A stretch of DNA of 63,747 nt, the filler included. It is 11 parts of 11 records of this genome, joined end to end, with 100 filler letters (N's around TTAATTAATTAA, not from the genome) between each part and the next. Parts side by side here need not be neighbours in the genome. Positions count along the whole stretch, not along the records: positions 44,685 to 50,264 come from SRR7504441_4704; positions 50,365 to 56,011 come from SRR7504441_4705; positions 56,112 to 63,747 come from SRR7504441_4708; 8 more parts are not named here. The stretch is one strand, 5' to 3'. Positions 47,601-61,000 of this stretch are shown piece by piece (the stretch's first letter is position 1; every line of letters begins with the position of its first letter). Below the pieces are notes generated by a model. The model was not told the DNA's origin and did no database searches. It saw only the letters and a program-made list of their open reading frames with translations. A program made the translations under genes and the position numbers.

Positions 47601-50264
47601 AAGTACAAGATTTGATATAGCCCGGGATGCGGACAGTTGGTGTTCTGTATTCTCGCTATCGGCGAGATGTCCGAAGAGCGGGAGCGATTTGATTGACATC
47701 AGAAACGTCTGCACCTCCGGAAGAATCGACATGTCTGATAAGCATCGTGCTGCAAGAAGCTGGCTTGACTCGTTATCGAGCTGGCCAGAGAGTTTGTACG
47801 CCTGAAACAAGAAGGTGGCCAGATTTGCATCGTACATCTTATACTGAAGCTGTTCAGAGGTCATAAAGTAAGGGAGACACCGCATTGCACCCTCGCGGAT
47901 TTTGGAGTCTTTGGACGCCACCGAGTTGACAAGCAGCGGCACGGCTCCTAGCTTGGTTGCCATGTCCGCAAACCTGGCCGAACTAACAACAAACGGCTCC
48001 AGGATGCTGAGCGCTCTGCGCTGAATCTGGACGTTCTTTTCTCTCAACGAGGTGATCAGGTGCTCAAGGCAGCCTTCGTCCGCCATATGATCCAACCGTG
48101 AGCCCCCCACCCTGCTGCCGTCCGGTTTCTGCACGAGAGCCTTGAGCGCCGTCAATAGGAACAGCTTGGCCTGGGTGTTGTTAGTGGACGCCGACACAGG
48201 GATCAGATCGTGCAGGAAACCGTCCTGAGTCATCACTTCTTGAACCTGCGGGTGAGCTGAAATGTTGCCCAGCGTGAAAGCTGCATTGACCGCGATCTCT
48301 TCATTGTCGGAGTGGCACATCCATGCAATCACTGGCAGCGACCCGGCCTCCACGAAATTGACATCATAAACTCCCAACTTGGAAGCGAGCGCTCGGTACG
48401 CCCGGGACGCATCCAGCGTCATCGACTCCACTTCTTGATTTGCTAGCCTGTTGGTCTGCTTTAGATGGGCCGTGGCTTGGATTCCAGAGCCGAACTGATC
48501 ACCACCTGTCTGGACAGCGCCAAGCGCTTCCCGGCCGACTTCTTGGTCCTCCTCATTTTCTGAGGACATCAGTCTGATAATCGGATCAAAGCCCTCCTGT
48601 CCGCTCACAGCCACAGAATCGGTGATCTCCATCCTTGCTAGCACCAATGCCACGTTGCGGGCTATCACAGGCTCGCTGATTGCTCCCAGCCGTCTGAGCA
48701 TCAGTCGTGGCACCCACTCTTCGATCATTTTCTCCAACCCGGCCACTTTCGCCTTAGCACTTGCGATCTTGTCATAATGGTCACTATTCCTCTCGACCTC
48801 CTCCTCCAGGATTTCGAGCTCGGACTTGGCATCAGTGAGCTGCACTCCGATACGCAACGCACCAATGTGCTGACGATAGTCGAAGTTCTCACTCTCAACA
48901 AGCAAAAGAATCGCTTGGCTGAGCCGAATCTGGTCATCCAGATCAGATTCCATGATCGGAAGCAACAGGTCAAAGTCTCTCTTCACAAATGAGTCATACA
49001 GATCACTGTCCGAAAACTCGTCTGTGACTAGAGCCACTAGGGCCTTGGCCGCGTGCACCGCAGGCAATGTAGAGGGAAGCGGCTCGTTTCTCGCCATCTT
49101 GGTCAGCTGGGCAATGGCCCCACGCTGGTGCAGCACGCTGGCACCAGACGGCATCGGGCTCATGTTGATCACCATGCAGCACGCTTGCACCCTGCATTCC
49201 GGATTGGGGTTCTGAAGGTTGGCGAGGACAAGATCCACAATGTCTGCATCTTCCATAACAGCCAGGCAGCCATCGCTGCTGTTCATGAGGCCAGCCACAG
49301 CCCGCAAGCAACCAGAATGGCAGCCGCTGCGGTCACTATCCTGGAGGCAGGATGCTACAGCGAAGCAAAGATCATTCTTGAGCAAATGAATATGTGTAGC
49401 TTCATTGGCGCACAGGTTTGCCACCATCTCGGCCGCCTCGACTCTTGCCTGGGCTTCTCCCTCAGCCATCAGTCGAAAGATGTCCGAGGCGGCACTCCTT
49501 GCGAAATCCGGCTGATCTGGCTCAAAAAGCGACAAATTATTGAGCGCTTGAGCTGCCAAATACTGAGCCTCGGCGCCGTCGGAGTTTTCGCTCACGACGT
49601 CACAGATGGCCAGCAGAGCTTGTAGCCCACCGTCGGCCAGCACGGCGCCTCTGTGCTGCTCGGTCCGCGAAATGGCAACCAGTGCCTGTGCTGTGTACGT
49701 CTGGGTGTCAATATTGCTCGAGAGTGCAAGTGATACAAAAAGCTCCACCCCTCCAAAAGCGACCACCCTGTCACACACCATCGGAGAGCAGCATAAGGAC
49801 CTGAGCGCCCTGGCCACCTCGCAGAGCACAGCTGGATCTTCGCACTCGGATAAGACCACCAGCGCCTCCATACCACCGCGAGCTGCAATGGTCGTGTGCA
49901 GGGATGCCGACTCGACAAGGTCACCGAGCAGCCTGGCCGCAAGCTCCTTGTGCTCCAGGTCGGTGCTTTGAGCCAGAGCACAGATGGCGAACATGCAGCC
50001 CCCAGAAGCAAGGTACTCGTGATTGTCCTCATCCTCGGCCAGTTTGCCAAACGCCCGGACCAGCACGATGTGCGTCCCTTCCAACTTGACCAGCTCTGGG
50101 ACGGCCTCGTGCCCGCCACAGCCGAGGAAGTTACTCAGAGTCCAGAGCGACGTGCGCTGCAGCTCTTTATCTGCGCCGATGGTGCAGCTTTCAACCACGT
50201 GAGGCAGCAGACCCGCTTCGTAGATTGCAAGGTTTAGCTCCTCAGATCCCTCCGAGACATTGGC
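44685..50264 (-). CDS. Large armadillo-repeat protein with C-terminal AIR9-like (A9) Ig-type domains; both ends cut by contig edges
   Basis: Many ARM units (GGLQALLAI..AAQALNNLS, AARAIANLS). C-terminal repeats YTPTVEDVGYRLHLSYTP, YYPDLPDINRRIQFGYIP and YTPTVHDVDCTLKVTVIP with GGxEG..W upstream. Two introns near 46400-46440 and 46630-46665. Confidence 0.8.
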
Positions 50265-50364
50265 NNNNNNNNNNNNNNNNNNNNNNNNNNNNNNNNNNNN
50301 NNNNNNNNTTAATTAATTAANNNNNNNNNNNNNNNNNNNNNNNNNNNNNNNNNNNNNNNNNNNN

Positions 50365-53300
50365 CGGCTGCTGCTCACGGGCACCCCGCTCCAGAACAAC
50401 CTGATGGAGCTCTGGTCGCTGATGCACTTTCTGATGCCTCACGTGTTCCAGTCGCATCGCGAGTTCAGCGAGTGGTTTGCAAACCCTCTCACTGCGATGG
50501 TGACCGGCCGAGATCACCACAACAACTTCGATGTGGTGAAGAGGCTGCATGGCGTGCTCCGCCCGTTTATCCTGCGTCGGCTTAAGAAGGATGTCGAGCT
50601 GCAGATGCCGCCAAAGTATGAGCACGTGATCACCTGTCCTCTCTCCAAGCGGCAGCGCAACCTATATGACGAATTCCTCCGGAGGTCAGAGGTTCGCGCA
50701 ACGCTGGGCAGCGGGCGGCTGCTGGGCATCCTCAATGTGCTGATGCAACTGCGCAAATGCTGCAACCATCCAGACATGTTCGAAGAAAGGCCGATTGTGT
50801 CCCCTTTCGATATGCCGGCAATGAGTCTGGAGATTCCGTCGATAGTGCTCACAGCCAATGAGCCATCAATGTGGGACAAGGTCGACCTTGGCTTGCTCAA
50901 CCTGGATTGCATTGCCAGGGACAACAGCATGCTGGGCGACTCATGGAGCTGCGAGCGAGCCAAGGCGCTGCAGGAGCCATCGAGTCTGATAGTCGAGCAG
51001 TCGCTGCAGGTCTGTGAGGAGTACGGGCTTGGCTCGTCTGTCTTCACAAAGCACAACCAGGCCCTGCGCAGCCGGCAGAGGGCAGCTCGGACTGAGGTTG
51101 CGAACCGGATAGCTCTCAACAACTCGAGGCGTGTCCAGATGATGCCCGTTTACGGGCAAGATTTGCAACAGATTGTGACCCTTACCCCAAACAGAGGCAC
51201 CGCTTGTGCACTAGCAGCTAAGGACAACGGGAAATTCGGGCTGGTGTGTCCAACTGCTCTCATAGACGCTGTGGGCTCTTTGGAGCAGCGGATGCTGCAG
51301 ATGCAGCCGTACCTCACAATGAACCTTGTGTGCATCATACCCAAGACGAGGACCCAGGCCCCGGGAATCGTGTCGCGGGCACGTGAGACAGTGGCGCGGA
51401 TCGAGTGCCCACCAGTTTGCGCTTCACTGGAGACAGCTGCGGACTATACTCTGAGTCTCACCAGGCCGGTGGACATCAGGCTTGAGATGTTCTTCCCGGA
51501 CAAACGCCTGCTCCAATTCGACTGTGGCAAGCTGCAGCAACTGGACATCCTGCTTCGTCGGCTCAAGGCAGGTGGGCACCGCGCACTGATCTTCACCCAG
51601 ATGACTAAGATGCTCGACATCCTTGAGAGCTTCCTCAACTTCTATGGGTACGTGTATGTGAGGCTGGATGGCACCACGAGGGTGGAGGAGCGGCAACAGC
51701 TGATGGAGAGGTTCAACCACAACGACAAGATTTTTGTGTTCATCCTGTCCACCAGGAGTGGAGGATTTGGGATCAACCTGGTTGGGGCTGACAGTGTCAT
51801 CTTCTATGACAGTGACTGGAACCCAGCAATGGACGCGCAGGCTCAAGACAGAGCCCACAGGATAGGGCAGACTCGGCCTGTACATATCTATCGGCTGATA
51901 TCTGAGCACACTGTGGAGGAGAATATCCTCAAGAAGTGCAACCAGAAGCGACAGTTGGACAACTTAGTGATGCAGGACGGGTCTTTCACCCCAGACTTCT
52001 TCAAAAAGCTCAACATGCGTGAGCTGTTTGAAGGTGTGGATGGCATTGAGGAAGGCAGCAAGCCTGCAGCTGCTGGGCCAGTTTCTCAGGAGGAGCTGAA
52101 CAGTGCCATGGCAAACGCTGAGGAAGAGACAGATAGGCAAGCAACGCTGGCAGCAGATGTCGAGATGAAGGAGGGTGAGACTGAGTTTGAACTCAAGGGC
52201 GACGGCGACGAGGAGGGTGCTGAAGGGGAAGCGGAGGCAGCGGCAGCCGCCGAGCCGCTTGTCGGGGCGCCGCCTGAGAACCAGAGCGAGGCTGAGAAGG
52301 CTGGCGAGTTTGTGGGCACGACACTGTGTGGCAAGCCTCACGTGGAGGACGACGAGATGCTCAAGAGTGTGCAAGAGATGACCAAGACTGACGGAATCAA
52401 TCTGGCCATCGAAGAGAGGCTCTCCAACGTTCAGAAGTACGCGCTGCGCTTTGTGGAGAACGTATATGCCGACGTGGCTGCGCTGCAGTTGAATCAGCTG
52501 GACGAGAGGATGAACCAAGGGGCGCAGGAATGGGGGATGGGAGAGTTTGAGCGGATTCGGCAGGAGGAGGAGGAAGCAATGGACGAGGACGACGAGGTCT
52601 TGTTCTACGAAGTGCAGAACGCACAGACCTCGGCCGAGCTCTACTATCAGCATGCAGAGAGGCTGCGCTTGCAGGGGGTGCCTGAGGCGCAACTAGATGT
52701 ATTTGGACCCCCTGATCCGGAATCCGCAGATGTGTATGCCCACCCTGCAGACACGATGGAGGAGGACATTGCTGGCTACCTTGGCGTAAGGCCACCACAG
52801 AGCACCTCGACACTGAGACTGAAGAAGAAGCCCAAGAACAAGAAGAAGGCCAAGCATGAAGGGAGACACGATGGTGACTACCGTGAGCATTTCCACTACA
52901 AGGCTGGGCTCAAGTCGGATCAGCGGCTGGCTGAGATGGAGGAGGCTGAGAGGAGGGCGACAGAGGGTCATTATGGGCGAGGTGCGGACAGGCATGGCTA
53001 TCTCAAGGCCAGGAGCCTTAAGCGCAAGGCAATGGAGGATGTCTGCAATAAGAAGAGGCAGAGGGCCCAAGGTCGCACTGTGTTTGATGAGGCAATGTCA
53101 GATGACGAGCTGGATGCTGGGATGGCTGTAGGGGCTTTCCGGGGAGGCATGATGTCAGGAGCTGGCAGTGCTAGCCCTGGAGATGTCGGTGGGCTCTTCA
53201 GCTACACCAAGACCAAGGGCGTGAAGAAGCCAGCTCGTCGGGTGGTGACAAAGAAGGGCCCAGGGGACTCCAAGGGCAACAAGAAGAAGGACACAGGCTG

Positions 53301-54538
53301 GACACTGGAGGAAGACAGGGCATTGGAGCAGGCGGTGCGTGATTATGGCGACAACTGGAAGCTGGTGGCAGACATGGTGGACATGCACGACATGGTGCTG
53401 CAGAGGCGGCACTTGACCGACAACGAGTGCAAGGACTACTACTTTGAGCGTGAGTGCATCAGGGAGGACGGTGGTAAGCCTCCACACACACAGTCGCGCA
53501 CGGCGGTCGCAAATGCGGTGCTCCGAAGTGTGCAGCGCTGTGCTGGAAAGCAGCCGCCAATCTTAGATGAAAAGGCGGTGTCTGAGCCCAAGCTTAGGAT
53601 AGAAGCTCCCAAAGAGGAGCCTGCACCAGCCGAAGGCGAAGCTGAAGCGCCAGCAGCGGCTCCGGCAGCCCCAGCTCCCAAGTTCTTGGAGGGACTGGAG
53701 AACGTGACTGTCTCCCACGACCCGCTCGAGCTGATCAAGCTGGTGGAGGCTCAGAAGCCTAAGCAGAATATGGACGCCCAGTCGCTGAAGCAGCATCTCA
53801 AGCACCATCCAATGGGTGGCCGCAACTCACTGATGCGCGCTCACGCCTCGTCCACCTCCCAGCTGATGCAACAGATGAGCAACCAAGCCAGCGCACAGGC
53901 AGCTGCTGCCAAAGCGGCCGAGCCTGCAACCGCCCCAGATCAAGCGGGGGTTGGTGCGAGCCCAGCCAAGGGCCGGTCGCCTGCCAAAGTCGCTGCCTCG
54001 CCTGCTGCTCGTGGCGCTGCCAAGAAGGCCCCTTCCAAGAGGACCCCGAGGAACAGCAAGGCCTCCCCTGCCAAAGCGCCAGCGACACCACAGCAAGCGG
54101 CGGCTGGAACTGCGGCTGCGCAGGTGCCTACCACCGGGGCGAGCGGTTCTAAGGAGTGTTTCTGCAGGCGGCAGCACGCGCCCAGGCAGCAGCAGTGGCG
54201 TCTCCCATGGCAGCTGCGGTGAGCGCCCAGAGCCTGAGCTGTCGTCTGAGTGTGTGTGCTGGCAGGCGGCTCAGCAGACGGCGGCAGCGGGCCAGGCTGC
54301 AGCGGGCCAGCAAGCGGCTGCGGCAAAGCAGCAAGCTGCGGCTCAGAGTCAAGTGGCTCAGCAGGCCAAGGCACAGCAAGCAGCCCAGGTCATCCAGGCA
54401 GCTCAGGTGGCGGCTCAGCAACAAGCCAAGGCTCAGCAAGCAGCCCAAGCTGCTCAGGCTGCACAGGCAGCAGCTGCACAAGCAGCGGCAGCTCAGCAGG
54501 CAGCGGCACAAAAGGCAGCGTCGCAGAAGAAGGCTTAA
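50365..54538 (+). CDS. SWR1: SWR1/PIE1/Domino-type SNF2 chromatin remodeller, 5'-truncated
   Basis: LLLTGTPLQNNLMELWSLMHFLMP, HGVLRPFILRRLKKDVE, FPDKRLLQFDCGKLQ, FILSTRSGG, DSDWNPAMDAQAQDRAHRIGQ. Split ATPase, SANT domain (WTLEEDRAL..YGDNWKLVAD) and Ala/Gln tail. Confidence 0.93.
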
Positions 54539-55061
54539 GAGCGGAGGTCTACGACAGCTTCGACCATTATAGAAAGAGGACCCCACGACCATGTGGCAGC
54601 GTTGCCTGCCGCCACTAGCTATCGGGCCATGAAACATCTTGACAAATTACGCGGTGTACATGCGGCTTATATAACTTCCTCTTGTCTAGCTTTCTTGATC
54701 AATAAAATTTTCAAACAGATTACGACACGATTACGACACGATATCAATTACGACACACGTACAACGATGACACTAGTTACGAGTGCGAAGTCTGCTCTAG
54801 TTAGGCAATAATATTATCTTTCACTTGGTGTGCGTCCATGCCGCGTACGTACAACTGAATCATGCCTTCAATAGCTTACACAGAGGCATAAATAAGTTAC
54901 ACAGAGCTTGCACAACAATCGTGACATTGCACCCACGATTGCATCTAGATTGCATGCATCTGAGGCCTCGAAGACCTCATTGACAAACTAAACTCAAGCA
55001 AACTGAAGCCGGCGCCACCAGGGAGACCATCAATGGTCACGCGTACGGGGCAGAGCCAGGC

Positions 55062-56011
55062 TTAGCCGTAGAATAGCCGCGACACCTCTGCCAAGTACAG
55101 GCTCCAACCGGCGCAGAACAGCACGCTGTGCACACCTCGCTCAGTGTGCGCACACCAGACCTCGCACCAGCAGCTGCCAGCCAACCGGTTCACCACGGCC
55201 GCACAAAGCCCAGCCGCGAGCATCCCACAGGCCCCCACTGCGGCACACACCCCTCAGCTGCCCGCGCTCTGCCCAGCCGCCACCCCCACACGCTCCAACG
55301 TGGCTATCCCGCCCGGCCAGGACTTCGGTTAAGTTGCCCAGCGCCTGCCACTCGCCTCAGCTGGGCAGCTGCACGGCTCACAATAGCGCCCGCCACGAAC
55401 AGGGCCGATCCGATCCCCCCTGCCAGCACCGACCCGACCCGGGATTCGGCCAGCGACTCCTGCAGTCCGGCCAGCCCGGCCAGGCTCAGCGAGGCCAGCG
55501 TCGCCTGCCGCCGCCTGAGCCCAGGCCTGCCCGGGGTACCGGACCGCACAGAGCAGAGAGGTGCCCACTGGCGCCAGCTTCCGGTAAGGCCGCACGGGCT
55601 CGGACTGTCCACTGCCCCGCCGCTGCTGGCTGCTCCTGCGCTGCTTCCCCGCCGGGCTCGGGGTTCCCATTGCTCGCCCAGCTGCAGCAAAATTTTATGA
55701 CTTTTCAGTTTCGCTTTACGATGGCTGGCTTCTACCCTCGGTACGGCTCTCGCGGCCCAGCGCGGCGATCCAGCGGGCAGGTACGGCACCTTGCCTCCGG
55801 ACGGGGACGCCTTTCGTCACGCGACCACCCAGCCCACCCCCGAGCAACTGATCCGCGACCAGGAATGGGTGCGCCGCCTGGCTGGCCAGACCCACCGCCC
55901 GCCCCCAGGTGGAAGCCGCGCTGCAGCGTGAGGCCGAGCGGATGGCCTCCAGAGCCCCGTTGGCGGTTGTCGCCCCAGTGCCCGAGCCCGAGCCAGTGCC
56001 CGAGCCGGCCC
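55062..56011 (-). CDS. Possible hypothetical membrane protein, 5'-truncated, intron-containing
   Basis: Hydrophobic segments VLAGGIGSALFVAGAIV and VGACGMLAAGLCAAVV in adjacent minus-strand ORFs. Exon structure unresolved. Confidence 0.35.
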
Positions 56012-56375
56012 NNNNNNNNNNNNNNNNNNNNNNNNNNNNNNNNNNNNNNNNNNNNTTAATTAATTAANNNNNNNNNNNNNNNNNNNNNNNNNNNNNNNNN
56101 NNNNNNNNNNNAATCCGTTGACACTGAAGTTTGCGGGTGCGGCACAGCTAGAGGGCGGCGGCTCTAGATGTGCGAGTACGTACACAATCGTAATGATCGC
56201 GATGAAAATTTATGTTGTATTTTTCATCTACGTAATATAAGCTGATCAATAGGTGCCTCAGTTCAACGTTGCGTACTAGCGTCCTTCTAGGTATAATCAT
56301 TGAGCACGGTTATTATATACTTGTATGGTATTAATAAATCTACCCAGTCCTTGGTGACCAATGCACGATGATGAG

Positions 56376-57452
56376 TTACGTCAGCACGTGGTCTTTGAAC
56401 CCAAACAGCTCATTCCATCCGTAGACATTCGCTCCTTTGAGAGTCAGCTCTCTACTCTTTTCTCGCCCCGTTAGAATCTGAGTTGCCAGCTGCTTGGTTG
56501 CGGCAACCTCTGACTTGCCCTCACGGAATGTGCCGCTCATGGTCACAATGTTTCGGGAAGCTCCGTAGTAGCTCTTATCCTCGTGCCCCCTCGCTGATAC
56601 AGGCTCCTTCCGGTCCTTACGGTGCGAGGTGGTCTCGCCGAGCGGTGCAAGTCCACCGGCCGAGGGCACTGCCGACAGGAACAGGCTCTTGGACACTTCC
56701 TTGCTCCGCTTCCTCTGCCGCGGGTCGTTCGAGAGCAGCATCCCGTACCCGGACGGCTCGGTGGTCGCGATGAACGGGTCCGGCTCCCACCGGTTGCCTG
56801 CGGCATCGCCGTTGAGCGCCCGGTTGCTAAAGTAAGCTTTGAATTTGAGTGCGGCCGGCGCCTTCGCCCGCGAGCGTACACACACCCCGTTCTTGGGCAT
56901 CCCGGCCGGGATGTCGTCAAACCCCATCTGGGGCACCCGGCACGGATCGTCCCCGGTGTCTGTCCAGGCCGGGACCAGGTTCCGCATGGTGGTGGCCACC
57001 CGCTCGGCGTCGGTGTTGTCCTTGAACCTGATCGGCGGGTGCAGCTCCGCAGCCCTATCCCGGCCCCGGAACGGCGAGACTCCGTGCAGCACCGCCGTGT
57101 ACGGCTCGCGGGCCTCCCGCAGCGACTTGGCCATCAGCTCCTGCGTGTCCGCGATCCGCTGCCGCTCGGGCACGTACTTGTTGGGCGATATCTGGTGCTC
57201 GCCCGGCCCGTGGGTGAGCTCCTTGGATTTCTCGCGCGACCGGAACGTGTAGTGGAAGGCGTTGGCGCCGCTGGCGTCCTGCATCGCGGTCGGGTTGTCC
57301 AGGGTGCGGGCCATCCACTCCTCCACCCGCTTGGTGGCCTTGGTGGCCAGCTCCTCGTTGTACCGCCGGTGCCGCTCCTGCCGCTTCCGCGTTTTGGACT
57401 CGTGGGCTTGCCCCTTGGGCTGCCGATCCAGCTGGATGTACCGGTTGTACAT
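56376..57452 (-). CDS. Hypothetical basic protein, 358 aa, intronless
   Basis: Clean ATG-to-TAA ORF with C/G-rich third positions, followed by AT-rich 3' DNA. CCGTT motifs upstream. Confidence 0.7.
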   Translation of the reverse strand: MYNRYIQLDRQPKGQAHESKTRKRQERHRRYNEELATKATKRVEEWMARTLDNPTAMQDASGANAFHYTFRSREKSKELTHGPGEHQISPNKYVPERQRIADTQELMAKSLREAREPYTAVLHGVSPFRGRDRAAELHPPIRFKDNTDAERVATTMRNLVPAWTDTGDDPCRVPQMGFDDIPAGMPKNGVCVRSRAKAPAALKFKAYFSNRALNGDAAGNRWEPDPFIATTEPSGYGMLLSNDPRQRKRSKEVSKSLFLSAVPSAGGLAPLGETTSHRKDRKEPVSARGHEDKSYYGASRNIVTMSGTFREGKSEVAATKQLATQILTGREKSRELTLKGANVYGWNELFGFKDHVLT

Positions 57453-58048
57453 GGCCTATCCTCCGCTCTCCGGATGCGGCGGATGATGCGCCTCCACCGG
57501 CCTCTGCCCACGTCCGAGCCACCACTCCTCAGAATAGCTGTGGTGCCGTTACAAGGGCTCAGGATTTTGCTCAGAGGGAGCCGTTGCGCAGGAGTTGCGT
57601 TTGAGAAGCACCTCGCGAGCCCTCCAGAGGCGAGCCTTCTCCAGTCTCAGGTGAGCCCCGCCGGCCCCGACCCCTGCCCGGCACCCGTCGTATCCCCCAA
57701 GGTTGCTGGTCCACCGGCTGGCCTGCCTGCCCCTCCCCGCGGCCTCTCGCCCCACCCTTGGACCCCGGCCGACGGCTCGCGGCGCCCCCGCAGCGGCCGG
57801 GCAGCCACCCGGCAGCCCCGCGGCCTCGTGACCGGCCCGGGCACCGTCGCACCCGTCCAGCCTGTCTGGTCGATAATGCTCCCCCGACCGATCCCCGCGT
57901 CGCCCCCCTCCTGGCCCCCCGGCCGCCCGGTCGCTCGCTCGCACTGTCACAGTCCGGCTGCCGCCGCGACGAGCTCGGGACGACGACGGCCTGTACTCAC
58001 CGTGTGGGGTTGCCAGGTTGCTCAATCCCACCGCAGACTGATTCGGCC

Positions 58049-61000
58049 ATGTCTTCCGAGATCTACTCTTGGGGATGGGGCAAAGGTGAGCCGCAGTGCG
58101 CCTTAGCTTAGCAACTGCACACGCCCTGCGTGTCGCATAGCTGCATAGTGGGCTGGGCGGGGAAGGGATTGCAGATCGGCTGTCAGCTGCTGAGCTGGCT
58201 TTGCGCAGATGGCCAACTGGGTCACGGCGATCGCATCTCTCAGAAGAATCCTACACACATCGACTTCTTCCAAGGCAAGCAGCTGAAGGCGCTTGCATGC
58301 GGAGGCTGGCACTCCTGTGCCCTCACAGGTCGGCTAGCCGCGTACCGGGCGGCCCGGCTGATTGGCTGGTGGTGGCAGTGGCTGGTGACCTGTTCACATG
58401 GGGCAGTGGCCGGTGTGGCCAGCTTGGCCATGGCGACTGGTCGTCGCAACGGTTGCCCACTCACGTATCGACACTCCCGCCAGGTCAGCCCTGCGCAGTG
58501 GCGGCTTGACGGTCTGTTGCAGTGGCGCACGTCGCGAGCGGCAGCTTCCACACGATTGTGCTCACCAAAACAGGCGAGGTCTACTCATGGGGATGCGGGC
58601 GTGACGGACAGCTCGGACACGGCGACTGGTACCCGGCCTATCAGCTGCTGGGTTGTAATATGTGGTGCAGGGGCAGCCCGCGCGTGCCTCACCTAGTCAA
58701 GGCTCTCCAGGGCAAGGATGTTGTCCAGGTTAGTCTCGGCTGCGCTCTGCGCCATAGCACTCGCTGCCTGCAATAACGTACTCACAACGTGCTTCAGGTG
58801 GCTTGCGGCGAGTACCACTCGGCAGCCCTTACAGCCAACGGAGAGGTTTACACCTGGGGAGATGGTGGCGACGGGCAGCTGGGACACGGCGACTGGCGGA
58901 CCAAAGGGTACAGACTGTCGCAGCCCCGGCTGGTCAAGGCACTCAGTGGCAAGGTGGGCCCTGCGCGCCAGCTCGTAGAGCTGAGTTTCATGGCAGGGCG
59001 TGAGGCAAATTGCGTGCGGCGAATACCACACGGCAGCGCTGACTGTCGATGGCGATGTCTTCACCTGGGGCAAATCAGTGAACGGCCAGCTCGGCAACAC
59101 CGATGATATCAAGAAAGTGACGGCACCGTCGATTGTGGACGGGCTGGGCGGCGAGCACGTCGACTCTGTCTCGTGTGGCGGAGCTCACACTTGCGTCATC
59201 ACTTCGAACGGCGACGTGTGGCAGTGGGGAGATCCGATCTCCGGCCAGCTCGGTCTGGTCTCCTCCGGCCCAGTGCGGTTCCCTTCCAAAGTGGAAGAGT
59301 TGTCCGGACAGAACGTGGTCGCTGTCGACTGCGGCAGTTTCCATACTGCTGCAGTCACTGAGAGTGGTGAGCTGTACACATGGGGTCACGGGGGCGAGGG
59401 CCGGCTCGGCCACGGTGACGAGGCCAACCAGACCAAGCCACGAGTTGTGCGCGCGCTCGCTGGGCAATCTGTTGCCCAGATGGCCTGTGGCCGCTTCCAT
59501 ACCGCAGCTTTTGTCGGAGACAGACCAGCAGAAGAGCCGCCGGTTGCCCGATCTTCGCCGGCGCCTGAAGCTGTGCACATCTCGGAGCAACTCGATGCTG
59601 CGCACCTGGACCAGATCGAGGCCGAAAACGAGCGGCTCCGGGTAGAGCTCAGCATGGGCGTGCCCGGGCCAGTGATCCCACCGCCATTCGCACCTCCTCC
59701 ACGCGGGGCCGACTCGCTGGCACTGCAGCAGAGGCTTGCAATGGTCGAAGCCGAACTCGAGCAGGCTTGCCGTGAGCGAGACATGTTTGCCGCCCAGGCA
59801 GCCGGATCGCCGTCCCGAGGGCCGATCCCACACCCAAGCGAGATGGAGCGGGAGATGCACTCAGCGCAGGTTGCTGACTTTGAGCTGAATGCTGCCCGGG
59901 GCAAGGCTGAATATCAGGTCATTTTTGGCGAGCGCAACAAACTGCTCGAAGAGTGCGAGAAGTGGCGCAAAGAGAAGGAGGCACTGGATATGGCTCTGAA
60001 GAACGTGACTGATAACTTTGCTGCGACCTCTGCGTCAATGGCCGAGGGGCACAGGCAGCGTGAGAACGACTTGGAGGACCGGCTGAGGGAGGCGATCGAC
60101 TGCTCGACCAAGGGCAACCCGAAGTCGCTCCGGGAAATGAATGAGATGAGGAAGCAGCTCGAGTTCACTACTCATGAGCTGGAGAAGGAGAGGCTGGCAC
60201 GCGAGGCCGCAGAGAAGACGTGTCGGGACCTGCGTGCGGAGCTGATGGGTGCCAAGGAGGAAGTGGATCGGATGTGGGAGGAGATCCACAACACCCGCGA
60301 GACCCATTCCAAGATTGTTGCAGATCTTGAGGACAAGCTGTCAAGAGCCACTGAGGATAAGGATGGTGCAATGGAGAACGCCACCAAGTCTCAAGAAGAA
60401 AGGCTGCGCCACTTTGAGGATGTTGTGATGGACAAGGCTAAGCAGGAGCGTGAAGAGCTCGCCCGGGCGCACATGGAGCTCGAGCAGCAGCTGGCACATG
60501 CCGTGGCTGAGAAGAACACCTTGGAGAAGCAGACCAGTCACCTGATGCTCGACCTTGAGAAGGCCCGTGCCGGTAAGGAGGAGCAGGATGCGCTCATCAC
60601 TGAACTGCGTACTCAAGTGCTTGAAGCTCAGGCTCAACGCGAATCAATCCTCAAGTCAATGGGTGATCTGGAGACATCGCTTCAGGCCTCCAAGTTGGAG
60701 CGGAACGAAGCAGCTGCTGTGGCTAGGAATGAGAAGGAAACCCTGGGCTCAATCCTGCGTGACCTTGAAGAGCAGCTCTCAGAGGCCAAGCTGGTGCGGA
60801 TGGAAATCACTGATCAGACTCGTGCTGACAAGGATGTGCTTGCCCGTGCGCTGGAGAACCTGGAGGGCCGCCTCAACTCGATCGCCTCAGAGAAGCATGA
60901 TGTGCAGAACTCTGCCAAGGAGGACATTGCCCGCATGACTGCAGCTCTGCGCGAGAAGGAGGAGGAGATTGTGGCTCTTGAGAAGGCAAAACGTGCAGTG

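Noticed and set aside
54265-54538. GCA/CAG-rich repetitive DNA
   Set aside because: Encodes the low-complexity Ala/Gln tail of SWR1. Not an independent repeat element.
3364-56111. TTAATTAATTAA repeated ten times within N-runs, resembling a spaced array
   Set aside because: Artificial six-frame-stop linker used to concatenate contigs. Not biological and not CRISPR. Gene adjacency across these spacers is meaningless.
56622-58106. 494-aa plus-strand ORF, and similar Arg/Pro/Gly-rich overlapping ORFs throughout
   Set aside because: Antisense or off-frame ORFs are expected when high GC makes stop codons rare. No domain signatures.
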